IMG/VR virus record: IMGVR_UViG_3300034101_003795
Location: 1 to 64,000 of that record
DNA: 64,000 nt
Reading direction: 5' to 3' (one strand)
Source: a virus
Under the pieces are notes generated by a model. The model was not told the DNA's origin, did no database searches, and saw nothing but the letters and a program-made list of their open reading frames with translations. Positions within the stretch are counted from its first letter, which is position 1; every line of letters begins with the position of its first letter. This document shows, piece by piece, positions 20,205 through 28,686 of this stretch. The position numbers and the translations under genes were made by a program.

Positions 20205-23200
20205 ATGTCAATTAAATATTATGCAAACAGAGTTCAAGAAACAACCTCCGGAACAGGAGCTAGTAATTTAGTATTATCTGGATCTCCAACAGGATATAGA
20301 AGATTTAGTACCACGATTGGGCCAGATAAAACAATCACATATTATATATATCGTTCAGATAATGCCTTTGAGTGGGAGATTGGAACAGGCTATATTCTTA
20401 GTAATGGTGGAATTGACCAATTAGTAAGACAAAAAGTATCATCTTCTAGTAGTGCTGGTTCTTTTGTTAATTTTAGTGCCGGAACAAAATATGTTGAGAC
20501 AATTATTAGTGATGATAGAGTAAATACATCTTTCCAAAACGTAGAAGAAAAATCATCTAGTTTTACAGCAGCATATATTCCGACTACGTATATAGTCAAT
20601 TCTTCTTCTGGAAATGTTCAAGTATCATTACCAACAGTAATAAGTCAAGAACCAATAATACTTGGATTCTTGCTAACTGCAACATCTGGTAATGTTTATT
20701 CTCAGACAGATGCTATTAAATTGATGCCTAATGGTGTTGAAACTATTAATGGATTATCTTCAAAATCATTATCTATAAAATCAGACTACTTACAAATAGC
20801 TTCAATTCCATCAAAAAGCGGATGGATAGTTTTAGATCCTATACAAGATTCAACCAATCCTTATGGTTCAGATGGGACAATTCAATTTGCACAAAGTCAA
20901 TCATTTAGCGGTGTTAGCGCATTATCTTGGGATTATTCCTCATCATCTTTATTAATCGGGGGCAGTGGACTAGCATCAGCAGATAATATTATTTCTACAT
21001 CAACTCTAACAACAATATTTAATGAGCAATCACGAGATAAAGACTTTAGAATAGAGGGTAGTGGTACTACTCATATGTTTTTTGTTGATGCTAGTTTAAA
21101 TAGAATAGGAATAAACACATCATCTGTTACAGACACACTAACAGTACAGACCCCACCAAACCTCGGAATCAGATTAAACGCTAGTGGTTTAGGCCCAACT
21201 ATAACTTTAGTTAATACTAGTCCTAGTGGTTTATCGACAAATTCTCGTATAGGATCCATAGTATTTTCTGGATTAAATTCTAGTGGATCATCAATAGAAT
21301 ATGGACGCTTGTATGGTAAAATAATATCAGCAACATCAAATGCTGAAAATTCTTCTATAATATTAGAAGTACTTAATAATGGTACAAAAAAAGAAGTTTG
21401 CTCTCTAACTCCTAGTGGAGTAACACTAGGATTTAATAACTCTAATACTAATGGTATATTATTAGGCGGTGCTAGTAGTAATGAAGGAGATAATATAGTA
21501 TTAGGTTATTATAATAATGCTTGTGGATCTAACTGTGTTGTTATTGGTAATGATTCTAATGTGGCATCAGGAACATTTGGTGGGGCGATAGGAAGAACAA
21601 TAGCTCTTTCGGGATCTAATGTTTGGGTATTTGGTGGTTCTGGAGTATCTCTGAGCGGATCTAACGCCACATATTTAGCTCTTAATAACGATAATCACAT
21701 AGATATAAAAGGATCAGGACTCATAGAATATAATACAAAAACTGACGGAGATACAGTATTAAAGATTAAAAATAATAGAGTATTATCTAGTGGAGTTAAA
21801 GAGTCATTATCTTTTGAGTTCCAAAATGTCGGAGGTAGTAAAACCGGAGTATTACTAACGTCAGACTTAGTTTCTGTAACAAATGGTAGTGAGAACTCAT
21901 CATTAACTAGTAAAATTTTAGTAGATGGAGCTAGTACAGAGATCTTAAGATTACAAAAATCAAAAATATTAATTGGATCAAATACTAGTTCTGGTAATAA
22001 TTTATCTATAGGTTTATCAAATACTATTTATAGTACTGGTAATATTATTTATGGTAATAATATTTTAACTAGTGGAACTAATAATGTTATTGTTGGATCA
22101 AATTTACAGGCTTCTGGAAATAATATTTCAATATTTGGATCTAGTAATACGTGTTTAGTTTCTGGAAATTTAGGAGTTGTAATTTTTGGTAACAGTAATT
22201 CGGCTAATGAGGATTATGCTGTTTCACTAGGATCAAACAATTCTAGTAGCGGATTATATTCTGTTGCTTGTGGTTATTTAAATGGAGCACACGGAGCTTA
22301 TTCTGTTGGAATTGGCTCGAATAATACAGTAGTTAGTAAAGCATCCGTGGCAGTGGGTCGAAGTAATTCTATTAATAGTTCAGATATAGACGCTTCAATA
22401 TTTGCTGTTGGTATAGGTAATAATGTTAATATAAATGGCAGTGGCACAGTTATTGGTCATTATAATCAACTATATGGATCTGGTGGTTTAGTTATTGGAA
22501 AAGGTTGCGTGTCTTCTGGATTAAATAATATTGTTATTGGCAATACCAATAATGTGTCTGGTAGTAATAATTTTATATTTGGTAATAACATTAATTGGTC
22601 TGGTTCTAACACAACAATTTTTGGTGGATCATCATTAAATATTGTTTGGAGCGGATCATCATATGTGAACGCAACAGTGGCTGGCAGTCATAATACTTTG
22701 ACCACTAGTAGTGGAGTATATATAAATAGCACTTCTGGAGTATATGTTTCTGGTAATGTAATTAGTTTAACTAATAGTACAAATAATAGAATAAATATAT
22801 CATCTACTGGAGTAGAATTATATGGTTCTGGAACTTTGGCTCTTAGAAGTGGCCCCTCAGGATCCGTAACATTATCAACATCCGGAATTAATTATACTAA
22901 TTATCCAACCGCTACTGGAGTTGGAACTAGTCTTGTTATTGAGAATAATACCATAAAGGCCGCTACTAGTTCGGAAAGATTTAAAGAAAATATTAGACCA
23001 TATGATAAAGGACTAAATACGTTACTACAAATTAATCCAGTGTATTTTAATTATAAGAATAGTAATGTTCCTAGGGCCGGCTTGATAGCTGAATCAATCA
23101 GCGAATTAGGATTGAATGAATTTGTTTCTAAAGATGCTAACGGACAAATAGAAAGTTTAGACTATGGATCTATGATAGTTGTCTTAATTAATTCTATTAA

Positions 23201-23240
23201 AGAACTTAAACATCAACTGGATATTATTAATAATAAATAA
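20205..23240 (+). CDS. Trimeric tail fibre with YadA-like head repeats and C-terminal peptidase S74 intramolecular chaperone
   Basis: N-terminal YANRVQETT.GTG..L.L.G anchor; repeated (S/N)xxIGxxN units; C-terminal SSERFKENI...INPVYFNY...GLIAE...LDYGSMIVVLINSIKEL. Confidence 0.8.
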   Translation: MSIKYYANRVQETTSGTGASNLVLSGSPTGYRRFSTTIGPDKTITYYIYRSDNAFEWEIGTGYILSNGGIDQLVRQKVSSSSSAGSFVNFSAGTKYVETIISDDRVNTSFQNVEEKSSSFTAAYIPTTYIVNSSSGNVQVSLPTVISQEPIILGFLLTATSGNVYSQTDAIKLMPNGVETINGLSSKSLSIKSDYLQIASIPSKSGWIVLDPIQDSTNPYGSDGTIQFAQSQSFSGVSALSWDYSSSSLLIGGSGLASADNIISTSTLTTIFNEQSRDKDFRIEGSGTTHMFFVDASLNRIGINTSSVTDTLTVQTPPNLGIRLNASGLGPTITLVNTSPSGLSTNSRIGSIVFSGLNSSGSSIEYGRLYGKIISATSNAENSSIILEVLNNGTKKEVCSLTPSGVTLGFNNSNTNGILLGGASSNEGDNIVLGYYNNACGSNCVVIGNDSNVASGTFGGAIGRTIALSGSNVWVFGGSGVSLSGSNATYLALNNDNHIDIKGSGLIEYNTKTDGDTVLKIKNNRVLSSGVKESLSFEFQNVGGSKTGVLLTSDLVSVTNGSENSSLTSKILVDGASTEILRLQKSKILIGSNTSSGNNLSIGLSNTIYSTGNIIYGNNILTSGTNNVIVGSNLQASGNNISIFGSSNTCLVSGNLGVVIFGNSNSANEDYAVSLGSNNSSSGLYSVACGYLNGAHGAYSVGIGSNNTVVSKASVAVGRSNSINSSDIDASIFAVGIGNNVNINGSGTVIGHYNQLYGSGGLVIGKGCVSSGLNNIVIGNTNNVSGSNNFIFGNNINWSGSNTTIFGGSSLNIVWSGSSYVNATVAGSHNTLTTSSGVYINSTSGVYVSGNVISLTNSTNNRINISSTGVELYGSGTLALRSGPSGSVTLSTSGINYTNYPTATGVGTSLVIENNTIKAATSSERFKENIRPYDKGLNTLLQINPVYFNYKNSNVPRAGLIAESISELGLNEFVSKDANGQIESLDYGSMIVVLINSIKELKHQLDIINNK

Positions 23241-23261
23241 TTATAGAATTGGATTATTAAA

Positions 23262-24710
23262 ATGGCTATAGTTATAGGAAGCATATCATTAGATGATTCA
23301 TATGTTCCAACAGTAAAAGTATCATATGAGTATATTAGAAGCTCATCACAAGAAGTTATTGGTGGTGCTGCGGTATATACAGTGTCCGGCAGAGTTGTTG
23401 TTACTGATGGTAATGCATCATCAGTTATGAGTAAATTGCAAAATATAAGAGAAATTGGTAGAAAATCAGAGTGTATGGATGTTAGTATTCCTGGTTTTTA
23501 TAGTGGACCAGCCAGGGTAACAAATGTAAATATCGAACAAGGATCCGATCCATCGTGGATAAATCAAGGGGAATTTTCTATAGAATTAAAGTCCTCACTA
23601 CCTTCATTGCCGCCTAATACTCTTGGTATAACGGCCGCCGATGCTGTAACAGAGTTCAGCGTATCAGAAGTTTTAGAAATAGGAGAAGAATCTCATTCTT
23701 ATTATTATAGCACTGGGGGATTTAGCAAAGGTTTTGTTAAATTTACTAATAAAATTAGTATAACGTGTAAACCGTTTTGTTCTGCTAGTGGTAGTCCTTT
23801 ATCTAAAAGTTTAGCATTATTAAATAGAGTATTAAAAATTGGCCCTTCTAGTTTAGCATTTAACACATATGCTAGCTATACTAAAGTGCTACAGTCAAGA
23901 ACCATAGAAATCAACACTGACGGAGGAATAACTTTTTCAGCAACTATGATACTGGTTCCTCCGTCATCATCGTATCCTCTAGCATTAGTAGATATAAGCT
24001 TTGCTCATAATGAAAACTATCAAGATAAATCTAGAAGATTTATTATTTCAGGAACTATTAATGGTTTAGTCAATATTCCTTGGGGTAATCCAATATCACT
24101 AGGTAGTTCATCCCCAAGTAGTAAACTTGGTGGTGCCGAAAGTGCCTTCGGTGCCATAAAGGGTACGTTTAATAGTTTTGGAAGTTGGGGTACTGGAGGA
24201 AGTAGACTAATCACAGGCGAAATACCTAATTGTCCACTGACTAGTGCTATTAGCTCTGCTTGTTCATCAACTAACAACAATATTAATACTTGCGTAGAAC
24301 CATTGAACACTACCGTAACAAAATCTAGAACAGAAGGAACGATTAATTTTAGCTTTGAATGGGGAACATCTCAGCAAGATAACTGTGTTAATGGTGGTAA
24401 AAAAACAGAAATAACCATAGATGTTCAAAATTCTCAACCACAATTTGTTGAGCATGTTATACCTAGATATGGGACATTAATCCAAGATCTTAATTGTCTT
24501 TCAGCAAAAAGAGTTAGTTATACTTCTTCTACAACAACAGACGAATCATCATGTTCGTCATCATTAGATTGTTCGTCAGCTACTCTTGATGAATCATTAG
24601 ATATAAATAAATATATTGGTGGAGACTTTCTCTTAATAGGAAGTTCTATTAGTAAGAGCAGAACATCATATGTTGTTAAAAAAGAATATATAGAACGATG
24701 TAGTACATAG
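23262..24710 (+). CDS. Baseplate/distal-tail-like structural protein A
   Basis: Beta-rich with many Cys; paralogous to the next gene (PTVKVSYEY.RS...IGG..V.TVSG). Confidence 0.45.
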   Translation: MAIVIGSISLDDSYVPTVKVSYEYIRSSSQEVIGGAAVYTVSGRVVVTDGNASSVMSKLQNIREIGRKSECMDVSIPGFYSGPARVTNVNIEQGSDPSWINQGEFSIELKSSLPSLPPNTLGITAADAVTEFSVSEVLEIGEESHSYYYSTGGFSKGFVKFTNKISITCKPFCSASGSPLSKSLALLNRVLKIGPSSLAFNTYASYTKVLQSRTIEINTDGGITFSATMILVPPSSSYPLALVDISFAHNENYQDKSRRFIISGTINGLVNIPWGNPISLGSSSPSSKLGGAESAFGAIKGTFNSFGSWGTGGSRLITGEIPNCPLTSAISSACSSTNNNINTCVEPLNTTVTKSRTEGTINFSFEWGTSQQDNCVNGGKKTEITIDVQNSQPQFVEHVIPRYGTLIQDLNCLSAKRVSYTSSTTTDESSCSSSLDCSSATLDESLDINKYIGGDFLLIGSSISKSRTSYVVKKEYIERCST

Positions 24711-24718
24711 GAAATAAT

Positions 24719-26170
24719 ATGGCTAATGATACTGTAAAATTAGGTGGAATCTCTTTAATTCCAGCACCATCTGTGAGTACCAGCTACGAATATAGTAAGA
24801 GTGGTGACTATATTATTGGGGGATTTTTAATAGTAACATTAAGTGGTAAAATTATTAGTGAAAGTGTTCTATCTGAATTAAATAGTATTTCTCAATTATC
24901 AGCTGGTAATAATTGTATATCTTTAAATATAGGTTGTAATGGTGGAGAGTTTTTAAGCGGAGCATCTGGCAAGATAAGATCCGCAGACGTTTCTATTGAT
25001 GATCAACCATTCTTAGGTAGTTATACTATACAAGTGGCAGTAGAGACAATAGATGGAAAGCCAGCTGTTGCTCCAGATAGTCAGTTTTTAAAATCTACAT
25101 GCTTATCTAATGCAGAATATATACAAAGCTATACTGAAAGTATTGGAATTAATGCCGACGCAAACTCTATTGGTCTTGTTGATGACGCTACTGGACTATC
25201 AAAAAGTTTTATTAAAGCGAATGGTCAAATTACGCTTGTTGGATTGTGTACGTTGATTTGTGGGAAACCAGAATTTACTACTATAGATAGTTTAGTAGGT
25301 ATTTTACGAACAAGAGCAGATAGTTTATTAGGATTACAAGCTTGTGAAGGATCAATATTGTCTTCGTACAATGGATGGAACAAGTGGATAGATACTCAAA
25401 CCTTAGATGTTAATAGTGCAACAGGTACAATAACATGGTCTTTTGATATGTATATGAGTCAAGGAAGCTTAGCTCCGTATGCGTGGGCTGATGTTACAAT
25501 AGAAGATAAATATGATCAAAAAAAAAGACTACAAACCAAAACTATGAGTGGAACAATTAGAGGTTTATCAACTTCTAGCGGTAGTTTTCTTGGAAATAAA
25601 CTAACGTCTGGTGAAAGGTTAGGTAACGCAAAAAAGGGTTATAATTTAGTAACAGGCATGTTGATGAGTGGTGGATGGCCATCCGATGGAAATATTATTA
25701 GTGGCGGAGAAGGAAATTGTACTTCAGCAGACGACCCATGTAAAAATCCAGTAGAAGCAACATGCTTACAAAGAATTAGTAGTAATGTAACAACATCTGT
25801 AGTTAATGGGGAAATATCCTTTTCTTCTGAATTTGGAAGCATAAGTGCCTGTAAGCCTAATCAAGAATCACAAATTGACGTTACTGTTGATGAAACTCTT
25901 CCTGCTGTTAGATATGTAGAAATTTTTGTTCCTAATGGTCGCAAATCAACAGTGGTTAATATTGGAGATACACCTGGCAAAGTAACAATAATGGGTAAAG
26001 GAACATTAAAAGGGTGCGATACTACACAAATGGGAAAAATGAAAAATTGTGTACAGGCTGAAATTTCTAAAGCACTTGGTCTTTATAGAGGGTGGCTGAA
26101 AGTCAAAGAGAACGAAAGTTTTGGAAGCTATTCTTATAGTAAAACTCTGGAGTATATAAGATGTGGCTAA
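24719..26170 (+). CDS. Baseplate/distal-tail-like structural protein B (paralogue of A)
   Basis: PSVSTSYEYSKSG..IIGG...TLSG; SGTI.GL; G.I.FS.E.G; nearly identical length (482 vs 483 aa). Confidence 0.45.
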   Translation: MANDTVKLGGISLIPAPSVSTSYEYSKSGDYIIGGFLIVTLSGKIISESVLSELNSISQLSAGNNCISLNIGCNGGEFLSGASGKIRSADVSIDDQPFLGSYTIQVAVETIDGKPAVAPDSQFLKSTCLSNAEYIQSYTESIGINADANSIGLVDDATGLSKSFIKANGQITLVGLCTLICGKPEFTTIDSLVGILRTRADSLLGLQACEGSILSSYNGWNKWIDTQTLDVNSATGTITWSFDMYMSQGSLAPYAWADVTIEDKYDQKKRLQTKTMSGTIRGLSTSSGSFLGNKLTSGERLGNAKKGYNLVTGMLMSGGWPSDGNIISGGEGNCTSADDPCKNPVEATCLQRISSNVTTSVVNGEISFSSEFGSISACKPNQESQIDVTVDETLPAVRYVEIFVPNGRKSTVVNIGDTPGKVTIMGKGTLKGCDTTQMGKMKNCVQAEISKALGLYRGWLKVKENESFGSYSYSKTLEYIRCG

Positions 26171-27372
26171 CATCTGGGAAAACATATTCTGATTTAGTAT
26201 CTAATGCTAATTCTTTTGTTACTGTTGGAGATACTGGAAATCCAGCATATAGTGGAACTGTTGGAGTATTAGGTAACGTTGATTATACTTATCAGATATC
26301 TAAATACGAAATTACACATCGTGAATATGTTTTATTTTTAAATAGTGTAGATCCTTTTGGAATTGATCCTAATGATATATATGATCCTCTTATTGGAAGA
26401 GGAATATTTATGGATAACACCAGAGTTGCTGGATATAGATATTATTTATCAGATGAAGTTTTTAATAATAAACCAGTAACTTATATAAGTTTTAGTAGAG
26501 CGGTAAGATTTTGTAATTGGTTACATAATGGTGGTAAAAGATATAAGGTTTCAGACTACACAGCTACCGCACCACAAAATATCGGAGCATATAATATTGG
26601 CGTAGAAACGATTAATTATGTGGCTCCTATTAATAATGCCACATTCCGATTACCAACATACTCAGAATGGTTCAAGGCGGCATATTATAATGGTAGTGGA
26701 GCATACAACTCATACGCAACCCAATCTAATATCGCTCCAGGACAGGTGTCTGCTTACAGTAACGGAGATGGATATTATCAGCCTTTAAACTTATTATCAA
26801 ATCTAGAATTAGACATATTAACAAATAATAATAGTCAATTTAATGTCACAAACAACAATATTTCAAACTTACAATTTGATATATTAAGAAATGATATTTC
26901 TGTACATAATAGAATTTCAAATCTAGAATTAGACATATTAAGTAGTAATAATAATAATAATGGTATAACAAATAATCATATTTCAAATCTACAATTTGAT
27001 ATATTAAGCAATAATTTAGTTTTAATAAATAATATAATGTCATACTCACAATTTGATATATTGTGTTGTTCCCCACCAATCATATATAACAGCCTTAATT
27101 CTTCATCACTACAGAATGATATATTTTTGTCTACCACAAATAGTAAGTATTTAGAAAATATAATCACTTATCATAATTATGATATTTTAACTTCATCGGC
27201 TAGTTCATATAGTAGTAATTTATCGAACTTTCAAATAGACATATTATCGTCAAATAAAACTATAAATACGCAAATATTAATGTTAAATATAGACTGTTTA
27301 TGTTCAGAAAATAAAAAATATCTAATTAACAGTATATCGGTTTACGATGTTTTATGTAACAAAAAAAGTTGA
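26161..27372 (+). CDS. Virion protein: N-terminal half of an FGE/SUMF1-type (C-type lectin fold) domain fused to SNLxxDIL repeats
   Basis: FVTVGDTGN..VDYTYQISKYEIT..EY..FLNSVDP..KPVTYIS...AVRFCNWLHNG..FRLPTYSEWFKAAYY..YATQSN.AP..NGDG; lacks the YG.YD..GNV.E and GFR end. Confidence 0.75.
   Translation: MWLTSGKTYSDLVSNANSFVTVGDTGNPAYSGTVGVLGNVDYTYQISKYEITHREYVLFLNSVDPFGIDPNDIYDPLIGRGIFMDNTRVAGYRYYLSDEVFNNKPVTYISFSRAVRFCNWLHNGGKRYKVSDYTATAPQNIGAYNIGVETINYVAPINNATFRLPTYSEWFKAAYYNGSGAYNSYATQSNIAPGQVSAYSNGDGYYQPLNLLSNLELDILTNNNSQFNVTNNNISNLQFDILRNDISVHNRISNLELDILSSNNNNNGITNNHISNLQFDILSNNLVLINNIMSYSQFDILCCSPPIIYNSLNSSSLQNDIFLSTTNSKYLENIITYHNYDILTSSASSYSSNLSNFQIDILSSNKTINTQILMLNIDCLCSENKKYLINSISVYDVLCNKKS
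26797..27355 (+). repeat. About 10 degenerate S-x-x-x-x-D-I-L repeats in Asn-rich spacers
   Basis: SNLELDIL, SNLQFDIL, SNLELDIL, SNLQFDIL, SYSQFDIL, SSLQNDIF, TYHNYDIL, SNFQIDIL...; DNA TCAAATCTAGAATTAGACATATTA at 26797 and 26917 (120-nt period). Confidence 0.8.
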
Positions 27373-27385
27373 CCATTTTTCAAAT

Positions 27386-27393
27386 GGTGTATA
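27386..27393 (+). promoter_or_regulatory. Candidate late-promoter motif GGTGTATA
   Basis: Intergenic, upstream of the AAGGAGA RBS of 27426; overlaps a small CCATTT/AAATGG inverted repeat. Confidence 0.5.
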
Positions 27394-27425
27394 AGATTTA
27401 TATATAAAGACACAAGGAGACTATT

Positions 27426-28661
27426 ATGCCAATTGTATTTTTTGAAGGATTTAATAATTCTAATACTGATGTTCCAAAATTAGAATCTAATTATTGGACA
27501 ACAAATAATTTAGGTACTTTAACCTTGGGAACTACAAATTATGCCAGAACGGAAAATTCTCTTATTATCGATAATAGAACTAGAACTTTAGGAACAGGAT
27601 CAAATACTACTGTTACATTATCAAATTTTTCTGATCCTTTATTAACAAACAATGCTTTTGCTATTGGTTTTTCCATAGGTGCCGTTATGGGAGCAGAAAC
27701 TACTGATGCTTCTGGTGTAGTAGACCCGTATAATGCAAAATTTTTAACCTTTTTTAGGAGTGGAGTTCCTGTTCTGGATCTTGATTTTGTTAAAACAACA
27801 TATAGTGGAAGTCCTAGTCTAGGTATACAAGTTAGACAAAATGGTACTGGTGTTTCTACACACGATTTTCGTAGTATGGATCTATCATCATTTAATTCAC
27901 CAGATAGCTTTTTGGATTATGATCCACCTTTGTTATTTGTAGACAATAATATATACTTTGAGTGTTTTGTTGATGCTAAATCACAAAATAAACTATTAAT
28001 GCGATTTTCTGTAGATGGTGGTAGTCAAAACTTAATACCAAAAAATAGTAGCAATAGTATTTATACTAGCATCAGCGGATTTACCAATTTGACAAGTGTA
28101 AGATTTTATTCTATGTCATGGGGTGTAGCAGATGGGTTTTCTAATACTGCAAGGAGAACATTAGATGATTTATATATAAACGGTAGTGGTAATGCAGATA
28201 CTTGTCTGTTAGGATCTGATACGAAAATTCACAGAATAATACCAATTAGTGGTACCCCAATTAGTGGATGGATAAGTAATACTAACAACCCTGTAAATAG
28301 TATTATTTCTGCAGATGGAGATGCTTCTTATATATATGCTGATCTTCTTACTAGTGGAGTTCAAAGCTTGTTTGTTTTTAGTGATGTTCCTGCAGGTGCT
28401 CCAACAGGATTAATTTTAGTAAAATCTATTAATATTGCTAGAAAAACCGCAATAGATACTAATGGTAAATTTATTAATGTGATGAGATCTGGAACAACGG
28501 GTACTGTTACTGAATTAGGAAATTCATATACTATTAGTGGTCTTGATTATAGTACATTTTCTAATTTTATATACAATAATCCTGTTACCGGAAGCGGATG
28601 GAAATTATCTGAAATTAATAACATGCAGATTGGTATTAAAACTCAAGGAACTGGCGTTTGA
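27426..28661 (+). CDS. Virion structural protein (LamG/ConA-like beta-sandwich type)
   Basis: Starts MPIVFFEGFN, has LDDLYI...LG and ends NPVTGSGW.LSEINNMQIGIK, a pattern I recognise from phage tail-associated proteins. Confidence 0.55.
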   Translation: MPIVFFEGFNNSNTDVPKLESNYWTTNNLGTLTLGTTNYARTENSLIIDNRTRTLGTGSNTTVTLSNFSDPLLTNNAFAIGFSIGAVMGAETTDASGVVDPYNAKFLTFFRSGVPVLDLDFVKTTYSGSPSLGIQVRQNGTGVSTHDFRSMDLSSFNSPDSFLDYDPPLLFVDNNIYFECFVDAKSQNKLLMRFSVDGGSQNLIPKNSSNSIYTSISGFTNLTSVRFYSMSWGVADGFSNTARRTLDDLYINGSGNADTCLLGSDTKIHRIIPISGTPISGWISNTNNPVNSIISADGDASYIYADLLTSGVQSLFVFSDVPAGAPTGLILVKSINIARKTAIDTNGKFINVMRSGTTGTVTELGNSYTISGLDYSTFSNFIYNNPVTGSGWKLSEINNMQIGIKTQGTGV

Positions 28662-28686
28662 ATTAATTGGTAATTAGGATAAATTT

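Noticed and set aside
26797-27010. CRISPR-like DNA repeat array
   Set aside because: The repeats are in-frame, degenerate and encode a peptide motif, so they are coding repeats.
27369-27395. Sigma70 promoter TTGACC...TATAAG upstream of 27426
   Set aside because: The spacer is only 15 nt; the GGTGTATA motif shared with other late gaps explains the site better.
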